Part shown: one piece after another, positions 10,108 through 19,295 of the stretch
Layout of the letters: every line of letters begins with the position of its first letter
Numbering within the stretch: position 1 is the stretch's first letter
Assembly (NCBI GenBank): GCA_963734375.1
Contig: CAVTHG010000003.1
Location: 707,385-771,384 of the forward strand
Direction of reading: 5' to 3'
Length of the DNA: 64,000 nt
From: an uncultured Acidobacteriota bacterium
GTDB taxonomy: Bacteria; Acidobacteriota; Vicinamibacteria; Vicinamibacterales; CAVVIG01
Translations under genes and position numbers: made by a program
Notes under the pieces: model-generated
Databases searched by the model: none
What the model saw: only the letters and a program-made list of their open reading frames with translations
What the model was told of the DNA's origin: nothing

Positions 10108-12941
10108 CTACCAATCCAGCCGGGCGCCGATGCGGAGGACGCGAGGCCCGGTGATTGCCGTCGGCCGCAACCAGAACGCGCCCGAGCTGGTGGTCAGCGT
10201 CTGTTCGGCATTGCTGTTGAAGATGTTGTAGACGTCGAAGAATCCCATCACGCGCAGCGCGCTCACGCGGAACGCTTTCTCCGTGCGCAGATCGACCAGC
10301 GAGATGTTCGGTGTCCGGTTGGCCGTGATCGGTTCTGCCTTGATCGTCGCGTTGCCGTAATTGAGCGCCTGCACGAAGGTGCGCGCGAACGGCGTTCCTG
10401 ACTGATGGCGGAAGACCGGCACGAGCCGAACGCCCCATGGGACGCTGATCGTTCCGTTCACCTTGGCCTGCCATGTCCTGAACCGATCCTGGCTGCCCTC
10501 GGAGTTGATCAGCGCGTTGGGCGTGAAATCGTTGCCCGTCCCGAGCGCGGCCTCGTGGTTCCACGTCTCCGTGAAGCTCGCCAGCAGCGACCAGCGCTCG
10601 CTCTGGCGTTTCGTCGCGGTGATTTCCCAGGTGTAGTACTCGCTGTCGCCGGCGGGCAGGTTGGTGGTCAGATTCACGGGCGCCACGCCGACGAACTCCG
10701 GCGCCAGGTTGCGCGCGGTCAACGTCCCGCCATCGTCAACCGTACCGAGCCGGCCGTCAGGCCCCGGATCGATCACGGCCACGGGCACCGCGTAGGCGTC
10801 GAGCGGCCGGCTGACGTTGATCGTGCCGTTCGGCTGGCGCTTGGCGTTCACCACCACACCGGTCCGCACGCCAAAGTCCGGCGCGACCTCGCGCTCGAGA
10901 TAGGCGCTGGCCTGTTGAACGTAAGTATTCGAGATCCCGGGATCGAGCCTGGTCGACGCGCTTCCACCCGCAACCGCGATCAGACGTCCCTCTTCACCCG
11001 AGTCCCACCGTCCGTTCCGATTCGCATCGTTATTCCAGAGGTAGGTCTGCGACCAGCCGGGTGGATTCGGATTGAAGGCCGCCGTGAACAGGGGCGCCGG
11101 GTAGACCCAGAACTTGCCGTAGTGCGCCTTCAACACGGTCTTGCCGTCGCCCGTGAGATCGGCGCTCATGCCCAGGCGCGGGCCCCAGTTGCTGAAGGTG
11201 AGGACGGGGTCGATCGCGGGAAACTTCTGCCCCGCCGGTCCCTCCTGCTCCGGGAGAATCGGCTGGTAGCGATCCAGGCGGAGGCCGAGCGACAACGTGA
11301 TCCGGTCATTGAGCCGCCACGTGTCGTTCACGAAACCGGCAACCGTCGTCAGATGGTTCTTCGATTCGTTCGGGCCGAGGACGAGCTGCACCTGCGCCGG
11401 CACGCCGTTGTTCAGCGTCGACACGCAGTTGCAGGGGTTGCCGTAGCCTTCAATCGGCGTGACGACGCGGTCGCTGATGTACTCGCCGCCGATCCTGAAC
11501 GTGTGGCTGCCGGCCCAGCCGGACTTGAGGTAGCTCAGGGCGCCGTTGAACTGCGGGCGGTCGATCAGGCGTTTCTGCGCCAGCGCGCCGCCAGAGAGCG
11601 TGTTCGCGCCCACGTCCGCTATCCGCGGCGCCGTGCTCTTGAACGTCGCCGCCGCCGAAGAGTGATACCCGCCGACGCGTGCTTCGACGTAGAGGGCATC
11701 GGTCACGGCGGCGTTGTACTCGCCCTTCCACACGTTGACCGGAAACACGAGGCTCGGCAGCGCATCGCTGGTCTCGATTGGCTGGCTCGTGCTGGCGGCG
11801 AAAAAACTCGACTGCCTGAAAATCTCGTGCTGCAGGTAGCCGACAAGCTTCTGCCGCGGCGACAGCAGGTAGGTGACCTTGCCGGTCTGGACGTCGGCCT
11901 CGAGGTCTGCGGCGGTGTCGAGCAGCCATGCGTATCGCTGTTTCACCGCGGACGAGCGATAGGCGCCGTACCACCACGCCTTGTCTCGCTTGATGTACCC
12001 ACCCATGTCGACGTGGAAGTCGCGGAAACGCTCCAGCCGGTTGACGTCCCGCGCGTCGAGGCCCGGACCGCCGGACACGCCGCGCGCGATCTGGCTGTCG
12101 TCGATGTTGGTGGATTCGAGAGCGTCGTTCTGGAAATCGGCGTAGACGCTGCCTTGGTAGGCATTGCCGCCGGACTTGCTGACGTACTGGCCCAGCGTTC
12201 CCGGCACCGGCATCGCCGCTGACTGCCCGACAGCCGTGATCGCGATCTCCTCGAAGGACGCGAAGTCGGAGAGGTAGTTGTCCTGCGACCCGTTCGCCCC
12301 GCCAACGCGGATGCCTTCGACGTCGTTCCGGTTGACGCCGGTGGTGGCCCGCAACCCGTAGGCGGTGTACTCCTGCAGGCTCAGCGCACCGTTTCCGCCG
12401 ACGTCCATCTTCGAGAGCGCCACGCCGGGTGTGTTCGCCACAACCGCGAAGAAGTCGCGCGAGCCCGGCAGGCTGGCGAGCTTCTCGCTGTCGAAATGCG
12501 TGGTGACTTCGGTCGACGCGAGGTCGACCACCGGCGAGCCACTGACGGTGACGGTATCGCTGACGCTACCCGGGCTGATCTCGGCGTTGATGGTCGCCGT
12601 GAAGCCGAGCCCGACGTGAACACCTTCGCGAACGATGGTCCCGAATCCGGTGAGCTCGAACGTCAGCGTATGCTCGCCCGTCGGCACGGCGGAAAAGCGG
12701 TAGCCACCTTGCTGGTCGGTCAAGGCGATACGGGGCGTCATCAAAGACGGCCCTGACAGGCGTGACCGTCACGCCTGGCACGACGGCCTCGGTGCTGTCG
12801 GTGACGATGCCGTTGACCGCACCGGTCGTCGCGGTGACGGTCTGCGCCGTCGCAGCCGACGTGATTCCGCCTGTCAGAAGTAACAGGTGCGAAGCCGACG
12901 ATCAGCGCGCGCGCAAAAAAACGACGCGAGCAAATCCGCAT
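10108..12941 (-). pseudogene. TonB-dependent outer-membrane receptor with an N-terminal carboxypeptidase-regulatory-like domain. There are 2 frame breaks in the first ~60 codons.
   Basis: The main ORF 10108..12744 (878 aa) ends in the typical ..GPRVLRIGARLDW. Upstream text continues in other frames: MRICSRRFFARALIVGF (ATG 12939-12941) / HLLLLTGGITSAATAQTVTATTGAVNGIVTDSTEAVVPGVTVT / LSGPSLMTPRIALTDQQGGYRF. The shifts are near 12888 and 12765. Confidence 0.8.
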
Positions 12942-13345
12942 CGCCCCACCTGTCAGAAATAACAGGCGCAGCGCAGTCGATTCGGGCGCGCACCACGGCC
13001 GGACGCGGACAAACAATCGAGTAAATCCTCAATAGATTGGTGTTTTCTGAACGCAGCGTCCGCATAGCCACACTCGTGACCTCTCCACTCTTCGACGCGC
13101 GATCGGATTCCGTGTGGGTCCGAATCGTATCCGATCTGGCACGTCGATCGGCGTCACATGTGTGAAAAGGAATGGCGGATCGTGACCGCGCTCCGTCAGC
13201 CGCATCACAGCCTGTTGTGAGCCGGATGCTCAGACGTTTTCGATCCGTCCTGATCCGCCCGCGCGCGATGATTCAGTCGCGGTTGATGCGGGGCATGCGC
13301 CTTGCTCCCAGGTCGTTCACACACACGGACGCGTGAGACCGAGCG

Positions 13346-14272
13346 ATGACCGAGGAGCCGAACGAACACAGGGCGCGGCACGAGGCGGCGTCACCGCTGC
13401 CGGACGCGACCGAGGGCCGTCCGAAGTCGTCGCTGGTGCGGGTCGAGATCGGCGCCCGATCGCACCGGGGCGCTGTCCAATCGAGCAACGAGGATCACTA
13501 CCTGGTAGTCCGGCTCGGCCGGCAACAGGAAACGCTCTTGACGAGCCTGTCAGGTGCGGACGTACCTGAGCCCTTCGACGAGTACGGCTACGCCATGCTG
13601 GTGGCCGACGGTCTCGGCGACACCGGAGCCGGCGCGGCTGCGGGCCGGGTCGCGCTCAGCACGCTCGCCCATCTCGCGATCCACTTCGGCAAGTGGAACC
13701 TCCGGGTCGATGCCCGTACGGCGGGCGAGATCAAGGAGCGCGCAGAGTGGTTCCACCGGCGGGTCGATGATGCCGTGGTCGCGCAGAGCCGGACGCACGT
13801 CGTGCTCGCCGGCATGGCGACGACGCTGACCGCCGCCTACAGCGCCGGCGACGATCTGTTCATTGCGCACGTCGGGCATTCGCGCGCCTATCTGTTCCGC
13901 GACGGCCACCTGACGCAGTTGACGCGCGATCACACGATGGCGTGGCACACGACCGGCACCAGCCGGCCGGCGCGGGTGTCGCGCGCCACCCAGGATCTGC
14001 AGCACATCCTGACCGACACCATCGGCGGCGTGACCGATGGGCCGATCGTCGACGTCGATCACATCCGGCTCGCGAACGGCGATCAGCTCCTGCTGTGTAC
14101 GAATGGCCTCACCGACATGGTGACCGACGAAAAGATCGCGGAGGCGCTGTCGCTGCGCCGTGGGGCCGTCGAGCAATGTCAGCTGCTCGTGGACCTCGCC
14201 CTGCAAGCCGGGGGCGAAGACAACGTGACCGTCACGCTGGCGGAGTATCAGATCCCGGAGTCGCCGCGGTGA
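13346..14272 (+). CDS. PP2C/PPM-family Ser/Thr protein phosphatase
   Basis: Intact 308-aa ORF with motifs RSHRGAVQSSNEDH, MLVADGLGD, LFIAHVGHSRAYLF, LLLCTNGLTD and GGEDNVTV. Confidence 0.85.
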   Translation: MTEEPNEHRARHEAASPLPDATEGRPKSSLVRVEIGARSHRGAVQSSNEDHYLVVRLGRQQETLLTSLSGADVPEPFDEYGYAMLVADGLGDTGAGAAAGRVALSTLAHLAIHFGKWNLRVDARTAGEIKERAEWFHRRVDDAVVAQSRTHVVLAGMATTLTAAYSAGDDLFIAHVGHSRAYLFRDGHLTQLTRDHTMAWHTTGTSRPARVSRATQDLQHILTDTIGGVTDGPIVDVDHIRLANGDQLLLCTNGLTDMVTDEKIAEALSLRRGAVEQCQLLVDLALQAGGEDNVTVTLAEYQIPESPR

Positions 14273-14370
14273 ACGGACTCGATTTCCTTCGCCACGCCAC
14301 CGCGCTGGTACGCAAATACTGAGTTCTCTTGTGACTGCCCACTGAGCGGCACCACTCTGGATCTCGAGAG

Positions 14371-14700
14371 GTGGCGCTCGTGCTGATCGCTTCGCTGTCG
14401 TTCAACGTCCAACCGGACAAGCGTGGCGAGTTCGTCAGCGCGGTCAATCACATCATGCAGGCGCTCCGGTGGTCGTCCGGTTGTCTCGGGTGCCGGCTGA
14501 TGAGCGACTGCGAGAACCCGAACTCGTTCACGCTCTTCTCCGAGTGGGACAGCCGATCCTTCCTCGACGGCTACCTGTCGTCGCCTCAGTTCCAGATCCT
14601 CGAGGGCACGCGTTATCTGCTGCGCGACGGTCCGGACCTGTCAATTGATGAAGTCGTGTCGCGCGGACGGTTTCCCGGACCGATAAGTACACTCCGATAG
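14371..14700 (+). CDS. Antibiotic-biosynthesis-monooxygenase (ABM)-like small ferredoxin-fold protein
   Basis: 109-aa ORF ([44 protein letters not shown]). An alternative GTG start at 14380 has a better-placed GAGAGGTGG. Confidence 0.55.
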   Translation: MALVLIASLSFNVQPDKRGEFVSAVNHIMQALRWSSGCLGCRLMSDCENPNSFTLFSEWDSRSFLDGYLSSPQFQILEGTRYLLRDGPDLSIDEVVSRGRFPGPISTLR

Positions 14701-14806
14701 GACCAACGTCCAATTGCTGCGCTGGCGATGGCCGAGTAGATTTCGGGACGGTTCATGTGTCCCTGGTGAATACGCACCTGGACACACGGACCGTCCCGAG
14801 GCGTAT

Positions 14807-16522
14807 ATGAGGCTCCAAGCAGTCGCACCGCGCGTTGAATTCCCGAGCACATCGGCGGCGCCCGGAATGGTCGATCTGGTTGGCGAGAGCGATGCCTTCC
14901 GGTACATGCAGTTCCGCATGGAGCAGGTCGCGACGACCAACGCCACGGTGCTGCTCCTCGGCGAGACCGGCACGGGGAAGGGCGTGACCGCTCAGGCGAT
15001 CCACCGCCAGAGTCCCCGGCGCAATGCCCGTTTCGTCAGCGTCGACTGCACCTCGCTGCCGGCGACGCTAATCGAGAGCGAGCTGTTCGGCCGCGAGAAG
15101 GGCGCATTCACCGATGCGCGCGCGACCCAGATCGGACGCTTCGAGCTCGCGCACGGCGGGACGATCTTCCTCGACGAGATCGGTGAGCTGCCGGCGGAAG
15201 CGCAATCGAAGCTGCTCCGCGTGCTGCAGCACGGCGAGTTCGAGCGCCTCGGCTCGCCGCGGACGATTCGGGTCGACGTGCGGATCATCGCGGCGACCAA
15301 TCGGGTCCTGAGCGACGAAGTCAAGGCCGGGCGGTTCCGGCGCGACCTCTACTACCGCCTCAGCGTCTTCCCGATCACCATGCCGCCGCTGCGCGAGCGG
15401 CGCACCGACATTCCCGCGCTCACCCGTCATCTGGTGGATCGGCTGGCGCGGAAGCACCAGCGGCGGATCGACACGATTCCGCAGGGCGTCCTCGAGATGC
15501 TCGGTGAATACGACTGGCCGGGCAACGTCCGCGAGCTCGAGAACGTGCTCGAGCGGGCGATCATCACCACGCCGGATTCCACGCTTCGGCTCCTCGAGCC
15601 GCTCACCCCGGAGATGCTCGACGCCGTGCCGAACGCACCGACGACCGTGCTGGTGGACGTCGAGCGTGCGCACATCCTGCGGATTCTTCACGCCAGTGCC
15701 TGGCGGATCGAAGGACCGCGCGGCGCGGCGGCGCTCCTGGGGCTCAAGGCCAGCACCCTGAGGAGCCGGATGTTGAAGCTCGGGGTACAACGCGGGCCGG
15801 CCGAAGGCGCTTGGCCCCTGTCCGGCGGCCTGATCGTCGTTTTTCTTGCACGCCGGCCGGTTGCTGCGAGTACGATCGCAGCAAGGGACCTGATGGACGC
15901 GCAGCCGACGGTGTTCATCGTTGACGACGATGCGGATGTCCTCCAGGCGCTCGCGCGCCGGGTGCGGGCCGAAGACTTCCAGGTCGAGACCTTCACCTCG
16001 CCGGCCTCCTTTCTCGATCGCCTCCCCCACGACGGCGTCGCCTGCCTGCTGCTCGACCTCCAGATGCCGGAAGTGAGCGGCCTCGATCTCCAGCAGATGA
16101 TGGCGTCCAGGGGGGTGACGATGCCGATCGTCTTCCTCAGCGGCAACGGCGACGTCCCGTCGACGGCGCAGGCGATGCGCGAGGGCGCGGTCGATTTCCT
16201 CGTCAAGCCGGCCGGCGAGGAGCAGCTCCTCGACGCGGTGACGCGGGCGCTGGCCAGGGCGTCGCAGGTTCAGCGGCGCAGCACCGAGCAGCGGCAGACC
16301 CACGAACGGCTCGCCCGGCTGTCGAAACGCGAGCGCGAAGTGTGCGACCTCGTCGCGGCGGGATTGCTGAACAAGCAGATCGCCTTTCAGCTCGGCATCG
16401 CCGAGAAGACGATCAAAGTGCATCGCGGGCGCGTGATGCACAAGCTCGAGGTCGACTCGGTCGCGGCGCTCGTGCGCCTGCTCGCCACCGTCGACGAACC
16501 GGCGACGCCGGAATCAACCTGA
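14807..16522 (+). CDS. Single open frame joining a sensor-less sigma-54 activator (AAA+ and Fis-type HTH) to a FixJ/NarL-type response regulator (REC and LuxR HTH)
   Basis: [33 protein letters not shown] and the [23 protein letters not shown] come first. With no stop codon, [29 protein letters not shown] and [36 protein letters not shown] follow. Possible starts are ATG 14807 or ATG 14867 (MVDLVGESD). There is no N-terminal sensory domain. Confidence 0.7.
   Translation: MRLQAVAPRVEFPSTSAAPGMVDLVGESDAFRYMQFRMEQVATTNATVLLLGETGTGKGVTAQAIHRQSPRRNARFVSVDCTSLPATLIESELFGREKGAFTDARATQIGRFELAHGGTIFLDEIGELPAEAQSKLLRVLQHGEFERLGSPRTIRVDVRIIAATNRVLSDEVKAGRFRRDLYYRLSVFPITMPPLRERRTDIPALTRHLVDRLARKHQRRIDTIPQGVLEMLGEYDWPGNVRELENVLERAIITTPDSTLRLLEPLTPEMLDAVPNAPTTVLVDVERAHILRILHASAWRIEGPRGAAALLGLKASTLRSRMLKLGVQRGPAEGAWPLSGGLIVVFLARRPVAASTIAARDLMDAQPTVFIVDDDADVLQALARRVRAEDFQVETFTSPASFLDRLPHDGVACLLLDLQMPEVSGLDLQQMMASRGVTMPIVFLSGNGDVPSTAQAMREGAVDFLVKPAGEEQLLDAVTRALARASQVQRRSTEQRQTHERLARLSKREREVCDLVAAGLLNKQIAFQLGIAEKTIKVHRGRVMHKLEVDSVAALVRLLATVDEPATPEST
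15893..16522 (+). CDS. FixJ/NarL-type response regulator module. It may be an independent gene starting at the internal ATG.
   Basis: ATG at 15893 ([13 protein letters not shown]) sits in the context cc-TGATG-g. About 60 nt of non-conserved linker text ([22 protein letters not shown]) precede it. In the +1 frame the upstream gene would stop at TGA 15831-15833. Confidence 0.55.
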   Translation: MDAQPTVFIVDDDADVLQALARRVRAEDFQVETFTSPASFLDRLPHDGVACLLLDLQMPEVSGLDLQQMMASRGVTMPIVFLSGNGDVPSTAQAMREGAVDFLVKPAGEEQLLDAVTRALARASQVQRRSTEQRQTHERLARLSKREREVCDLVAAGLLNKQIAFQLGIAEKTIKVHRGRVMHKLEVDSVAALVRLLATVDEPATPEST

Positions 16523-16524
16523 AA

Positions 16525-16893
16525 TCAGTGGCTGTGGGTCGCGCGCTCGAGGGCGTCGAGCAGCCGCTCCTCGTCGAACGGCTTCAGCAGCGACGGCCGG
16601 TGCGTGCGGCGGATCGCCTCGCGCGTCTGCGGATCGTCGTGTGCGGTGATGAAGACGACCGTGGTTCCGCTGCCCGCTTCGCGCAGCCGTCCTTCCAGAT
16701 CGAGACCGCTGATGCCCGGCAGATGAATGTCGAGGATCGCGCAGTCTGCTCTGCAGTCGCCGGCGAGGTACGCCTCGGCTGACGGGAACAGGTGCACCTC
16801 ATGGCCGTGCGAGCCGAGCAGGCGGAACAGTGCGCTCCGAATATCCGGGTCGTCCTCGACAACCGCAAGAACGAGCCTGTCGCGATTCGGCAT
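16525..16893 (-). CDS. Stand-alone response-regulator receiver (REC) protein
   Basis: Internal Met (CAT 16891-16893) of ORF 16525..16953. Motifs are LVLAVVEDDPDIRS, AILDIHLPGISGLDL, VVFITAHDD and LLKPF. Its stop lies 2 nt from the convergent FixJ-module stop. Confidence 0.8.
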   Translation of the reverse strand: MPNRDRLVLAVVEDDPDIRSALFRLLGSHGHEVHLFPSAEAYLAGDCRADCAILDIHLPGISGLDLEGRLREAGSGTTVVFITAHDDPQTREAIRRTHRPSLLKPFDEERLLDALERATHSH

Positions 16894-17132
16894 GTCGTCT
16901 TTCTGGAGCGTCCTCGTCGAGTGTGCTCGCATGGCGCCACACTTTTGTGACATGGCAGTGTGAACCTGGCGGGCGGTCGCGGCAATCGGACCTTGTACCT
17001 AGGGGTTTTTCCTGACCGCGCGGTCGTCGAGCCGGCGAGTGGGCGTCGCTCGCAGGTTGTGAACCCATCACCGCCTGTCGTGATGGACCCACCCGGGCGC
17101 TCCTATTAGCGGGCGTAGAGAGGCTGTCAGGC

Positions 17133-17148
17133 TGGTACGTGCTGTGCC
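17133..17148 (+). promoter_or_regulatory. Candidate sigma-54 (-24/-12) promoter for the MFS-HEAT / kinase operon
   Basis: TGGTACGTGCTGTGCC compares with consensus TGGCACG-N4-TTGCW and has the correct GG..GC spacing. The -12 element is 29 nt upstream of ATG 17176. Confidence 0.4.
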
Positions 17149-17175
17149 TGTTCGACCCTTGGGCCAACCTACAGG

Positions 17176-19291
17176 ATGAGCGAACGACGGAAGGACCTCG
17201 CAGCACCGCTGACCGCGGCGGCGCTGATCGCCCAGCAAGTGGCGGCGAACGCCATCAGGGACGGACTGTTCCTGACCTGGTTTCCGGTGACCAGCCTGCC
17301 GTTCTTCGTCGCCGCGGCGGCCATCCTGGCGGTGCCCGCCGTGGGTGGTTCGGGCCGCCTCATGGCCCGGTTCGGCCCGGCACGGGTCGTCCCCGGCATG
17401 CTGGCCGTCAGCGGCGTCCTCTTCTTCGTGGAATGGATCCTCCTCGGCAGTCAGCCGCAAGCAGCAACGGTCCTGCTGTATGCGCATTCCTCCGTGCTCG
17501 GCGCGATCGCAATCTCCACCTTCTGGTCGCTGCTCAACGAATGCTTCGACCCGCACGCGGCCAAGCCGCTGCTCGCGCGTGTGGCCGCGGCCGCCGCCTT
17601 CGGCGGGCTCGTGGGCGGCGTCGGGGCGGAACGCGTCGCGGCCATGATGCCGGACGGCGCGTTGCTGCTGATCCTGGGTGTCGGGGGCGGTGTCTGCGCA
17701 GCCGGCGCGATCATCGTGGGACGCGCCGCGCCGGCGCGCCAGCGCCGCAGTGAGAAACCGGTGCCCGCCGTCAGCGGGTGGTCGGAGATCAGGCGCGTCG
17801 CGCTGCTGCGCGACCTCGCGCTCGTGGTCGCCATCGCGGCCGCGCTCGCGGCCCTGGTCGATTTCGTCCTCAAGGCGGAGGCCCTCGCCTACTTTGGCAA
17901 AGGGCGACGATCTCGTCCGCTTTTTTGGCCTCTTCTACGCCGGCACCGGCCTGGCCGCGTTTCTCCTCCAGGCCACGCTGGGGCGGTTCGTGCTCCGCCG
18001 CCTCGGGCTGGGAGGCGCCGTCGCCAGCCATGCGGCGGCGGTCGGGGCCGCCTGCCTTCTCGGCTTCGTCGTGCCCGGCCCCTGGAGGGGCATCTTGTCG
18101 CGGGGCCTCGACGTCTCGGTGCGCGGCTCGGTGTTCCGTGCCGGGTACGAGCTCTTCTACACCCCGCTGCCGGAGTCGACGAAACGAGCCGCCAAGTCGG
18201 TCATCGACGTCGCCGCCGACTGCTTCGGGAAGGGCGCCGGCGCCGCGCTGATCCTGATGTTCACGATGCTCACCCCACGCTACGCGACCTCCGCGGTGAA
18301 CGTCGCCGGCGTGCTCGCAGCGGGGGCGGAGCTGTTCATCGCCCGGCGGCTGCGGCCCGGATATGTGACGGCGCTCGAAGGCGGGCTGATGCGGCAGGGG
18401 GGAGACCTCGAGCGTGCCGCACAGTTCTCGATGTCCAACTTCACGGTCGCGCAGAGCATGGCCGGGTTCGACCGGGCGTCGGTTCTCCGCGCGCTCGAAC
18501 AGGCCGCTGATTCGAAGCAGGCGGTGCCCCTCGACGATCCCGTCGTCGCCGCGATCGCCGATCTGCGGTCCGGCGACCTCACGCGCATCCGGTCGGTCCT
18601 GCGCGCGCCGCCGCGGGACCCGCTGCTGATTGGCGCGCTGATTCCGCTGCTCGCGGAGAAGGCGATTCTCCGTCAGGTCGTCGCCGCGTTGACGGCCTTC
18701 GGCTCGCGAGGCGCCGGCCAGCTGGTGGACGCGCTGCTCGATCCGGCCACGCCGGATACCGTGCGCCGTCGCCTGCCGCTGGCACTGAAAACCTGTGCCT
18801 CGCCGCTGGCGCGCGACGGCCTGGTGCAGGCGCTCGCCGCGCCCGGTCTCGAGGTGCGCATGCGCAGTGCGCGTGCGCTGCTCGCGCTCACCGAGGCACA
18901 TCCGGATCTGGTCATGCCGCCGCAGGCGGCACTGCGTGCGGTCGAACGCGAGCTCGCGGGCTCCGACGACGACGGCGACCTCCGCGACCACGTCTTCAAT
19001 CTGCTCGGGCTGGCGCTGGAGCGGGAGCCGGTGCGGATTACGGCGATGGCCTTCGACACGAGCGACGAGTACCTGCGCGGCACGGCGCTCGAGTACCTCG
19101 AGACGGTGCTGCCGCCGTCCATCTTCGCGGCGCTCGCGCCGCGGCTCTCAGGGGCGGTCGCCCCTGTCAGGCATCAGCGGGGCGCTGCGGCAGTACGTGC
19201 AGACCTGTTGAGCGCCGGCGCCACCTTCACCATGGCGCGCGGCCAGGTGCATCAGCCGCTCGGCGCATCGGCACTCGACGACGACAGTTAG
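17176..19291 (+). pseudogene. TLC/NTT-like (ATP/ADP-translocase-like) MFS membrane domain fused to a C-terminal HEAT-repeat domain, with one frame break near 17900
   Basis: ORF 17176..18510 carries ..STFWSLLNECFDPHAAKPLLARVAAAAAFGGLVGGVGAERV.. up to ..EALAYFGKG. The text then continues in ORF 17678..19291 (DDLVRFFGLFYAGTGLAAFLLQ.. TM helices, then HEAT-like repeats LIPLLAEKAILRQVVAALTAFG.., LVQALAAPGLEVRMRSARALLAL). Confidence 0.7.
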
Positions 19292-19295
19292 GACG

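Noticed and set aside
10405-12222. 605-aa plus-strand ORF
   Set aside because: It is antisense to the TonB-dependent receptor and is a GC-artefact translation.
13136-13151. TGGCACGTCGATCGGC, a perfect sigma-54 -24 hexamer upstream of the PP2C gene
   Set aside because: The -12 region reads TCGG at the consensus TTGC positions, so the invariant GC is absent at the correct spacing. I did not count it among the candidate promoters.
15846-15876. TTGCAC-N19-TACGAT as an internal sigma-70 promoter for the FixJ-type module
   Set aside because: The spacer is 19 nt, longer than optimal, and both hexamers are imperfect. It is only mentioned as context for the fusion question.
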